A DNA stretch of 64,000 nucleotides from the human T2T-CHM13v2.0 reference genome, Homo sapiens: assembly GCF_009914755.1 (NCBI RefSeq), contig NC_060948.1; one strand, 5' to 3'. Of the stretch, positions 44,501-60,058 are shown piece after piece. The stretch's first letter is position 1; every line of letters begins with the position of its first letter. The notes below the pieces were generated by a model. The model was given only the letters and a program-made list of their open reading frames with translations, was not told where the DNA came from and made no database searches. The position numbers were made by a program, and so were the translations under genes.

Positions 44501-47500
44501 GAATGGAATGCAAGCGAAAGGAAAGGAATGGATTGGAATGGAATGGAATTCATTGGAATGGAAGGGAATGTAGTGTAATGGACAGGCCTGGAATAAAGTG
44601 GAATGCTACGGTCTCGAATGGAATAAAAATGTATGGAATGGAATGCAATGAAACGGAATCGAATGTCATAGAATGTAATGGAATGCAACAAAATGGAATC
44701 CAAAATCATTGACTGGAAAGGCTGGGTGTCGAAAGGAATTGACTCCAATGGAATGGAATCGAATGGAATGGAAGTGAATAGAATGGAACTAAATCGAATG
44801 GAATGGAATTGATAGGAACGGAATGGAAAGGAATGCAATGATTTGGCATGGAATGGAATCGAATGGCATCGAATGGAATGGAATGGAATGCAATGGAATG
44901 GAATGTATTAGAATGTAATGAACTTTAATGGAATGTACTCGAATGGATTCGACTGGAATGGAATGTTCTGGAAGTGAATGGACTCCAATGGAATGGATTC
45001 AAAGGAATGGAATCGTACGGAATGGAATCTAATGGAATGGAATTAAATGGAAATGAATCAAATTGAATAGCACGGAATTGAATTGAATGGAATCGAATGC
45101 AATGGAATCTAATGAAACGGAAAGGAAAGGAATGCAATGGAATGGAATGGGCTGGAATGGAAAGGAATCGAAACGAATGGAATGGAATCGAACTGAAGAG
45201 ACTGGAATGGAATGCACTGGAATGGAAGGGAGTGTAATGGAAGGTTCTCGAAAAAAATGGAATCGAATGGAATGGAATTGAATGGAACGGAATAGAGTCG
45301 AATGGAATTGAATGGAATGGAATGGACTAGAGTGAAATGGAATCGAACCACAAGGAATGGAGAGGAATAGAATGGTCTCGAATTGAATGGAATCGTATGG
45401 AATGGCATCAAACGGAATGGAATGGACAGCCACGGAATGGAATGCACTCGAATGCAATGGAGTCGAAACTAATGGACTGGAATAGAATGGACTCGACTGG
45501 TACGGACTCCAATGGAAGGGAATCGAATGGAAGGGAATCGAACGGAATGGACTCGAAGGGAAAAGACTGCAATGGAAAGGTCTAGAATGGAATGGAAATT
45601 AATGGAATGGAATGGAATCGCATGAAATGGAATCAAAAGGAATGGAATCGAATGGCAAGAAATCGAATGTAATGGAATCGCAAGGAATTGATGTGAGCGG
45701 AACGGAATGGAATGGAATCCAAAGGAATGGAATAGAATGGAATGGAATCGAATGGAAAGGACTCGAATGGAAATCACTGGAATAGAATGCAATTTAATAA
45801 AATAGGATCAAATGTAATGGAATGGAATGGAAAGGAATCGAAACGAAAGGAATGGAGACAGATGGAATGGAATAGAACAGAGAGCAATGGTATAGAATGG
45901 AATGGAATCATCTGGAATGGAATTGAATGGAATGGAATAATATGAAATGGAATGGAATGGAATGGAATGGAATGCCCTTGAATTAAATGGACTGGAATGG
46001 AATGGACTCGAACAGAGTGGAATGGAAAGTGTTGAGATAGAATGGAATGGACTCGTTTGGAATGCTCTAGTATGCAATGCAATCGACTGGCAGGGAATCA
46101 AAAGGAATGTAATCGAATGGATTGGACTGGAATGCAATGGACTCGAATAGATTGCAAACGGAATGCAAAGGAATGGAATGGAATAGTATGGAATGGAATG
46201 GAAAGGAATGGAGTGGAATAGACTAGAGTGGAATGGAATGGACTGGAAAGCAATGGACTGGAATGGAACTTTCTTGAATGGACTGGAATCAAACGGAATG
46301 GAATGCAATGCAATCAAATGGCATGGAATAAAATAGAATGAAAGAGAATCAAATGGAATTGAATCGAATGGAATCGAATGGATTGGAAAGGAATAGAATG
46401 GAATGGAATGGAATGGACTAGAATGGAATGGATTCGAATGGAAGGCAAAGGAATGGAATCTATTGGAATGGACTGTAATGGAATGGAATGGAAGGGATTG
46501 GAATGGACTCGAATGGAATGGACTGCAATAGAAAGGATTCGAATGGAATGAAAAAGAATTGAATGGAATAGAACAGAATGGAATCAAATCGAATGAAATG
46601 GAATGGAATAGAAAGGAATGGAATGAAATGGAATGGAAAGGATTCGAATGGAATGCAATCGAATGGAATGGAATCGAACGGAATGGAATAAAATGGAAGA
46701 AAACTGGCAAGAAATGGAATCGAAATGAATGGAGTGTTATGGAACGGACTCAAAAGGAATTGAATGTAATAGAATGGAGTGGAGTGGACTCGAATATAAT
46801 GGACTGGAATGGAATGAAATCACATGGAATGGGAACGAATGGAATGGAATGGAAAGGAATGGAATCGAATGGAAAGGAATCGAATGGAAGGGAATGAAAT
46901 TGAATCAACAGGAATGGAAGGGAATAGAATAGACGGTAATGGAATGGACTCGAATAGAATGGACACGAATGCTCAAATTGAATGGACTCGAATGGAATGG
47001 AAACGAAAGGAATGTCATCGAATGGAATTGAATCGATTGGAATGAAATCGCATAGAATGGAGTGGAATCAAATGGAATTGAATCGAAAGGAAAGGAAGCG
47101 AATGGACTGAAATGAAATGGAATGGAATTGAATGGAAAGTAATGCAATGGAATAGAATGGAACGAAATTTCACGGAATGGAATCAAACTGAATGGAATCA
47201 AATCAATGGAATCTAATCAAATGGAATGGAAAGGAATTGAATGGAGTAGATTGGATTGGATGGGATTGGAATGAAATGTACTGGAAAGGACTCGAATTTC
47301 ATGAAACGGAATGGAATGAATTGGAACGGAATGGACTCGAATGGAATGGAATGTCATGGAATGGCATCAAATGGAATGGCATCAAATGGAATGGAATCGA
47401 ATGCAATGGAATGCTATGGAATGGAATGGAATGCATTGGAATGGAATGTCCTCTAATGGAATGGATTCGAGTGGAATGGAATCGAATATAATGGAGTCGA

Positions 47501-50500
47501 ATGAAATGGAATTGAAAGGAATGGGATCGAATAGAATGGAATATACTGAAATGTAATGTAATGAACTCGAATATAATTGACTGGAATGGAATGTACATGA
47601 ATGGAATGTAATCGAATGGAAAGTAATCCAATGGAATAGAATCTAATGCAATAAAACCGACTCAGATAGAGTAGAATGTAATGGAATGGAGTGCAGTGCA
47701 ATGGAATGGAATGGAATTGAATGCAATGGAATGGAATGGAATGGAATGGAATGGAATGGAATGGAATGGGATGGAATGGTATGGAATGGATAGTAATGGA
47801 CTGGAGTGAAATGGACTGGAAAGGAATGGACTCAAATTGAAAGGGCTCGAAAGGAATGGAGTCAAATGGAATGGTCTGGAATGGAATGAACACGAGTGTA
47901 ATGCAATCCAATAGAATGGAAACGAATGACATGGAATATAAAGAAATGGAATCGAAGAGAATGGAAACAAATGGAATGGAATTGAATGGAATGGAATTGA
48001 ATGGAATGGGAACGAATGGAGTGAAATTGTATGCAGTAGAAGGGAATAGAATGGAATGCAAGCGAAAGGAAAGGAATGGATTGGAATGGAATGGAATTCA
48101 TTGGAATGGAAGGGAATGTAGTGTAATGGACAGGCCTGGAATAAAGTGGAATGCTACGGTCTCGAATGGAATAAAAATGTATGGAATGGAATGCAATGAA
48201 ACGGAATCGAATGTCATAGAATGTAATGGAATGCAACAAAATGGAATCCAAAATCATTGACTGGAAAGGCTGGGTGTCGAAAGGAATTGACTCCAATGGA
48301 ATGGAATCGAATGGAATGGAAGTGAATAGAATGGAACTAAATCGAATGGAATGGAATTGATAGGAACGGAATGGAAAGGAATGCAATGATTTGGCATGGA
48401 ATGGAATCGAATGGCATCGAATGGAATGGAATGGAATGCAATGGAATGGAATGTATTAGAATGTAATGAACTTTAATGGAATGTACTCGAATGGATTCGA
48501 CTGGAATGGAATGTTCTGGAAGTGAATGGACTCCAATGGAATGGATTCAAAAGGAATGGAATCGTACGGAATGGAATCTAATGGAATGGAATTAAATGGA
48601 AATGAATCAAATTGAATAGCACGGAATTGAATTGAATGGAATCGAATGCAATGGAATCTAATGAAACGGAAAGGAAAGGAATGCAATGGAATGGAATGGG
48701 CTGGAATGGAAAGGAATCGAAACGAATGGAATGGAATCGAACTGAAGAGACTGGAATGGAATGCACTGGAATGGAAGGGAGTGTAATGGAAGGTTCTCGA
48801 AAAAAATGGAATCGAATGGAATGGAATTGAATGGAACGGAATAGAGTCGAATGGAATTGAATGGAATGGAATGGACTAGAGTGAAATGGAATCGAACCAC
48901 AAGGAATGGAGAGGAATAGAATGGTCTCGAATTGAATGGAATCGTATGGAATGGCATCAAACGGAATGGAATGGACAGCCACGGAATGGAATGCACTCGA
49001 ATGCAATGGAGTCGAAACTAATGGACTGGAATAGAATGGACTCGACTGGTACGGACTCCAATGGAAGGGAATCGAATGGAAGGGAATCGAAGGGAATGGA
49101 CTCGAAGGGAAAAGACTGCAATGGAAAGGTCTCGAATGGAATGGAAATTAATGGAATGGAATGGAATCGAATGAAATGGAGTCAAAAGGAATGGAATCGA
49201 ATGGCAAGAAATCGAATGTAATGGAATCGCAAGGAATTGATGTGAACGGAACGGAATGGAATGGAATCCAAAGGAATGGAATAGAATGGAATGGAATCGA
49301 ATGGAAAGGACTCGAATGGAAATCACTGGAATAGAATGCAATTTAATAAAATAGGATCAAATGTAATGGAATGGAATGGAAAGGAATCGAAACGAAAGGA
49401 ATGGAGACAGATGGAATGGAATAGAACAGAGAGCAATGGTATAGAATGGAATGGAATCATCTGGAATGGAATCGAATGGAATGGAATAATATGAAATGGA
49501 ATGGAATGGAATGGAATGGAATGCCCTTGAATTAAATGGACTGGAATGGAATGGACTCGAACAGAGTGGAATGGAAAGTGTTGAGATAGAATGGAATGGA
49601 CTCGTTTGGAATGGTCTAGTATGCAATGCAATCGACTGGCAGGGAATCAAAAGGAATGTAATCGAATGGATTGGACTGGAATGCAATGGACTCGAATAGA
49701 TTGCAAACGGAATGCAAAGGAATGGAATGGAATAGTATGGAATGGAATGGAAAGGAATGGAGTGGAATAGACTAGAGTGGAATGGAATGGACTGGAAAGC
49801 AATGGACTGGAATGGAACTTTCTTGAATGGACTGGAATCAAACGGAATGGAATGCAATGCAATCAAATGGCATGGAATAAAATAGAATGAAAGAGAATCA
49901 AATGGAATTGAATCGAATGGAATCGAATGGATTGGAAAGGAATAGAATGGAATGGAATGGAATTGACTCAAATGGAATGGACTAGAATGGAATGGATTCG
50001 AATGGATGGCAAAGGAATGGAATCTATTGGAATGGACTGTAATGGAATGGAATGGAAGGGATTGGAATGGACTCGAATGGAATGGACTGCAATAGAAAGG
50101 ATTCGAATGGAATGAAAAAGAATTGAATGGAATAGAACAGAATGGAATCAAATCGAATGAAATGGAATGGAATAGAAAGGAATGGAATGAAATGGAATGG
50201 AAAGGATTCGAATGGAATGCAATCGAATGGAATGGAATCGAACGGAATGGAATAAAATGGAAGAAAACTGGCAAGAAATGGAATCGAAATGAATGGAGTG
50301 TTATGGAACGGACTCAAAAGGAATTGAATGTAATAGAATGGAGTGGAGTGGACTCGAATATAATGGACTGGAATGGAATGAAATCACATGGAATGGGAAC
50401 GAATGGAATGGAATGGAAAGGAATGGAATCGAATGGAAAGGAATCGAATGGAAGGGAATGAAATTGAATCAACAAGAATGGAAGGGAATAGAATAGACGG

Positions 50501-51207
50501 TAATGGAATGGACTCGAATAGAATGGACACGAATGCTCAAATTGAATGGACTCGAATGGAATGGAAACGAAAGGAATGTCATCGAATGGAATTGAATCGA
50601 TTGGAATGAAATCGCATAGAATGGAGTGGAATCAAATGGAATTGAATCGAAAGGAAAGGAAGCGAATGGACTGAAATGAAATGGAATGGAATTGAATGGA
50701 AAGTAATGCAATGGAATAGAATGGAACGAAATTTCACGGAATGGAATCAAACTGAATGGAATCAAATCAATGGAATCTAATCAAATGGAATGGAAAGGAA
50801 TTGAATGGAGTAGATTGGATTGGATGGGATTGGAATGAAATGTACTGGAAAGGACTCGAATTTCATGAAACGGAATGGAATGAATTGGAACGGAATGGAC
50901 TCGAATGTAATGGAATGTCATGGAATGGCATCAAATGGAATGGCATCAAATGGAATGGAATCGAATGCAATGGAATGCTATGGAATGGAATGGAATGCAT
51001 TGGAATGGAATGTCCTCTAATGGAATGGATTCGAGTGGAATGGAATCGAATATAATGGAGTCGAATGAAATGGAATTGAAAGGAATGGGATCGAATAGAA
51101 TGGAATATACTGAAATGTAATGTAATGAACTCGAATATAATTGACTGGAATGGAATGTACATGAATGGAATGTAATCGAATGGAAAGTAATCCAATGGAA
51201 TAGAATC

Positions 51208-51957
51208 ATATATGATATATAATATATGTATAATATTGTTTTACATCCTGCATCTTATGTTATATATATTGTATAAAATATAATAATTGATTATATATAC
51301 TTTTATAACATAATTTACATAAAATATCATAATATAATATATATTATATTATTTCATATTACATAATATATATTACATATCACCCAATATAAGTAACATA
51401 CATAATATTATAATATAGATTATATTATGTTATATTAAATATCATATATATTATGTATCATATATTGTATAATATATATTATACATTATATAATATGTAT
51501 GTTGTCTATTATGTGATATATATAACTATACATATAATTATATTATTATACGTATAACTAGATAAACATGTAATTCTACATATTTTCATTTATAATATAT
51601 AGAATTATATAATCATATATAATTATGTATATTCTATAAAAAATTATATCATTGTATAAATTATAATATATAAAAATTATAATATGTACTACAAATATAT
51701 ATATTATATATCATATATGATATAGTACCTTTGTTATATATCATAATACATATAAATGTGTATTATGTTATCTATAATTATATAATTTCATATATAAGCT
51801 GTATAATATGTATTATATATTATATATGTTATGTAATATATATAGTATATATAAGATGACACAGGATAAATATTATATACTATGACATATAAGATATATG
51901 AGGTTATATGTTTCATATAAGGCATAGCCCATAACATGTAATATATATCATATATAA
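51208..51957. repeat. AT-rich simple-sequence part of the first DYZ2 unit, internally deleted
   Basis: TA-rich low-complexity sequence that aligns by eye to the later AT-rich blocks but lacks ~760 bp after position 51290. Confidence 0.85.
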
Positions 51958-52249
51958 TTTTTTTTTAGACAGAGTCTTGTCGTGTTGCACAGGGCGGGGT
52001 ACAATGGCGCCATCTTTGCTCACTGCAACATCTGCCTCACGGGTCCAAGCGATTGTCCTCCCTCAGCCTCCCAGGTAGCTGGGACTACACCACACTGGGA
52101 CTACACCAGCCTCCACCATGCCTAGCTAATTTTTTGGATTTTTAGTAGTGACAGCGTTTCACTGTATTGGCCAGGATGGTCTTGATATCTTCACCTTGTG
52201 ATCCCCTTTCCTTGGCCTCCAAATTTGCTGGGATTACAGGCCTGAGCCA
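51958..52249 (-). mobile_element. Diverged, near-full-length Alu (AluSc/Y-like) in DYZ2 copy 1
   Basis: Poly-T followed by AGACAGAGTCTTG...GCTCACTGCAAC...CCTCAGCCTCCC...GTAGCTGGGACTACA...GCTAATTTTT...TTTTAGTAG...GGCCAGGATGGTC...GCTGGGATTACAGG..TGAGCCA, which is the reverse complement of both Alu arms. The 5'-most ~10 nt are missing. Confidence 0.93.
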
Positions 52250-52823
52250 AGATCCATATTTTTTAAAGGAAAAAAAATTTCAAAGGTACTCTGCTTGGTA
52301 CAATAATCAAATGTATAAACTGAGGAATAAAACATAACCATGAAACCTACTTATAACTGCATATGGAAAATACAGAGGATAATTTTTTAAATAACATATT
52401 TTGAAAGCCTTAACTAGTAATTTGAAGAGTTGGCATTTGAAAGGCCAGTATGAATATACCTTCAAAGCAGCAACACCGGTTCCCCATGAGAAAAAGCAAA
52501 CTCAGGGAAAATAAAACCACAAAGGTTCAATCTCTTCTGACCTTTGAAAGACACAGCACAGACAGTGGTCCTTAGGACGAAGAGCAGGAGACCCCTAATT
52601 CCGTCACCATGGCGATAGGGCATAAATATTGCTGGGTGAGGGCACAATCCACATTGTGAGGTCCAAGTGCTGCCAGGAAGACAGGAGTGCTTTTACATAG
52701 ACCGAAAGGTCATTGAAGGCTCAGAGTTTTGTTTCAAGAACTGAATCCCAAGCCCACACGTTATTAGGCTGCGCTTCTTAAAACAAGTTATGAGATGGGA
52801 AAAAGGGCACCCACAAACATACG
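52250..52823. repeat. HSATI-like complex segment of DYZ2 copy 1
   Basis: ~570 bp of higher-complexity sequence between the Alu and the AT-rich block, repeated nearly identically in each unit. The name is assigned from the known DYZ2 composition, not from a search. Confidence 0.75.
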
Positions 52824-54369
52824 TATACATTATGTATATAATAATATACAGTATCATATATATAATATATATAACCTATGTATAATATTGTTTTACATCC
52901 CGCATCTTATGTTATATATATTGTATAAAATATAATAATTGATAATATATAAGTTTTATATTTATACAATATGACATATAGTATATATTATAATTTATGA
53001 CATATATAATATATGTTATATATCATATATAGAATATATTATACGGTTAATATACGTATTAAATATAAATTATACATTATATATATTATATATAATATAT
53101 CTGTTATATATAATACCCATTATGCATAATATATATATTATGTCTATGTTATATATAGTATAAAACAACATATAATAATATATAATTGTATACATAAAAT
53201 GCGACATATAATACATATTATATTTATGACATATGTAATATATATTATATATTATATATAATACGTTGTATGTATAATACCTATATTAAATATATATTAT
53301 ATGACTATGTTATTAATTACATGTCACATATATTATATATTATATATTTTACATAGAATATACGGGTTACATACAATATATACTATGTTACCTATAATGT
53401 ATAATTTATTACATGTAAAATAAAGAATGCAATATATTATGTATAATTTATAATATACAATATGTGGAATGTGATATATATAACATATAATATATGATAT
53501 ACAGTATATGATATATAACATACAATATATGATACCTAATATATATGGTATACAATATATATTTTATGATATGTATTCTATATGTTTTATATTCTGTTAT
53601 ATATAACTATTTGAAATTATATATAACTGTATAATATTTTATGTAAATAGGTAATATAATATATATAACTATATAATATATTATATATAACTATATATTT
53701 TGTTATATATACTTTTATAACTTAATTTACATAAAATATCATAATATAATATATATTATATTATTTCATATTACATAATATATATTACATATCACCCAAT
53801 ATAAGTAACATACATAATATTATAATATAGATTATATTATGTTATATTAAATATCATATATATCATGTATCATATATTCTATAATATATATTATACATTA
53901 TATAATATGTATGTTGTCTATTATGTGATATATATAACTATATATATAATTATATTATTATATATATAACTAGATAAACATGTAATTCTACATATTTTCA
54001 TTTATAATATATAGAATTATATAATCATATATAATTATTTATATTCTATAAAAAATTATATCATTATATAAATTATAATATATAAAAATTATAATATGTA
54101 CTACAAACATATATATTATATATCATATATGATATAGTACCTTTGTTATATATCATAATACATATAAATGTGTATTATGTTATCTATAATTATATAATTT
54201 CATATATAAGATGTATAATATGTATTATTTATTATATATGTTATGTAATATATATAGTATATATAAGCTGACACAGGATAAATATTATATACTATGACAT
54301 ATAAAATATATGAGGTTATATGTTACATATAAGGCATAGCACGTAACATGTAATATATATCATATATAA
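52824..54369. repeat. AT-rich simple-sequence block of DYZ2
   Basis: ~1.55 kb TA-rich block conserved from copy to copy. Confidence 0.85.
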
Positions 54370-54661
<292 letters not shown>

Positions 54662-55235
54662 AGATCCATATTTTTTAAATGAAAAATAATTTCAAAGGTA
54701 CTCTGCTTGGTACAATAATCAAATGTATAAACTGAGGAATAAAACATAACCATGAAACCTACTTATAACTGCATATGGAAAATACAGAGGATAATTTTTT
54801 AAATAACATATTTTGAAAGCCTTAACTAGTAATTTGAAGAGTTGGCATTTGAAAGGCCAGTATGAATATACCTTCAAAGCAGCAACACAGGTTCCCCATG
54901 AGAAAAAGCAAACACAGGGAAAATAAAACCACAAAGGTTCAATCTCTTCTGACCTTTGAAAGACACAGCACAGACAGTGGTCCTTAGGACGAAGAGCAGG
55001 AGACCCCTAATTCCGTCACCATGGCGATAGGGCATAAACATTGCTGGGTGAGGGCACAATCCACATTATGAGGTCCAACTGCTGCCAGGAAGACAGGAGT
55101 GCTTTTACATAGACCGAAAGGTCATTGAAGGCTCAGAGTTTTGTTTCAAGAACTGAATCCCAAGCCCACACGTTATTAGGCTGCGCTTCTTAAAACGAGT
55201 TATGAGATGGGAAAAAGGGCACCCACAAACATACG
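54662..55235. repeat. HSATI-like segment of DYZ2 copy 2
   Basis: Near-identical to 52250-52823. Confidence 0.75.
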
Positions 55236-57074
<1,839 letters not shown>

Positions 57075-57648
57075 AGATCCATATTTTTTAAATGAAAAAA
57101 AATTTCAAAGGTACTCTGCTTGGTACAATAATCAAATGTATAATCTGAGGAATAAAACATAACCATGAAACCTACTTATAACTGCTTATGGAAAATACAG
57201 AGGATAATTTTTTAAATAACATATTTTGAAAGCCTTAACTAGTAATTTGAAGAGTTGGCATTTGAAAGGCCAGTATGAATATACCTTCAAAGCAGCAACA
57301 CAGGTTCCCCATGAGAAAAAGCAAATTCAGGGAAAATAAAACCACAAAGGTTCAATCTCTTCTGACCTTTGAAAGACACAGCACAGACAGTGGTCCTTAG
57401 GACGAAGAGCAGGAGACCCCTAATTCCGTCACCATGGCGATAGGGCATAAACATTGCTGGGTGAGGGCACAATCCACATTGTGAGGTCCAACTGCTGCCA
57501 GGAAGACAGGAGTGCTTTTACATAGACCGAAAGGTCATTGAAGGCTCAGAGTTTTGTTTCAAGAACTGAATCCCAAGCCCACACGTTATTAGGCTGCGCT
57601 TCTTAAAACAAGTTATGAGATGGGAAAAAGGGCACCCACAAACATACG
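57075..57648. repeat. HSATI-like segment of DYZ2 copy 3
   Basis: Near-identical to the other copies. Confidence 0.75.
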
Positions 57649-59484
<1,836 letters not shown>

Positions 59485-60058
59485 AGATCCATATTTTTTA
59501 AATGAAAAAAAATTTCAAAGGTACTCTGCTTGGTACAATAATCAAATGTATAAACTGAGGAATAAAACATAACCATGAAACCTACTTATAACTGCATATG
59601 GAAAATACAGAGGATAATTTTTTAAATAACATATTTTGAAAGCCTTAACTAGTAATTTGAAGAGTTGGCATTTGAAAGGCCAGTATGAATATACCTTCAA
59701 AGCAGCAACACAGGTTCCCCATGAGAAAAAGCAAACACAGGGAAAATAAAAACACAAAGGTTCAATCTCTTCTGACCTTTGAAAGACACAGCACAGACAG
59801 TGGTCCTTAGGACGAAGCGCAGGAGACCCCTAATTCCGTCACCATGGCGATAGGGCATAAACATTGCTGGGTGAGGGCACAATCCACATTGTGAGGTCCA
59901 ACTGCTGCTAGGAAGACAGGAGTGCTTTTACATAGACCGAAAGGTCATTGAAGGCTCAGAGTTTTGTTTCAAGAACTGAATCCCAAGCCCACACGTTATT
60001 AGGCTGCGCTTCTTAAAACAAGTTATGAGATGGGAAAAAGGGCACCCACAAACATACG
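59485..60058. repeat. HSATI-like segment of DYZ2 copy 4
   Basis: Near-identical to the other copies. Confidence 0.75.

Larger units (their letters stand above)
1..51207 (+). repeat. DYZ1: DYZ1 / human satellite 3 (HSat3) tandem array with ~3.56 kb unit of degenerate (GGAAT)n pentamers; about 14.4 copies, open at the window's left edge
   Basis: GGAAT/CGAAT/GGACT pentamers throughout. The same landmark (ORF MNGIEQNG...) starts at 345, 3864, 7423, 10982, 14556, 18095, 21654, 25218, 28757, 32316, 35879, 39422, 42996, 46559 and 50123, giving periods of 3519-3574 bp. Each unit has an EcoRI site (GAATTC at 1835, 5394, ...) and a HaeIII/StuI site (AGGCCT at 1873, ...), consistent with the classical ~3.56 kb Y-specific DYZ1 repeat. 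Confidence 0.96.

Noticed and set aside
1-51207. Assignment to HSat2 or to an autosomal HSat3 array, and telomere-like or G-quadruplex repeats
   Set aside because: I did not see the HSat2-type CATTCGATGATG pattern. The 3.56 kb unit next to a 2.4 kb Alu-containing unit fits Yq12. G-runs are mostly GG and there are no TTAGGG arrays.
149-51209. Hundreds of 60-318 aa ORFs (MEWNG... on +, FHSIP... on -), including the recurring ~305 aa minus-strand ORF
   Set aside because: These are translations of the pentamer: (GGAAT)n and (ATTCC)n lack stop codons. They overlap in all frames, show no domain-like content and are broken by 1-bp and 5-bp indels between copies.
51945-52265. Possible target-site duplication around the Alu (ATCATATATAATTTT vs ATCCATATTTTTT)
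   Set aside because: The similarity is weak and low-complexity in an AT-rich context, and the Alu 5' end is missing.
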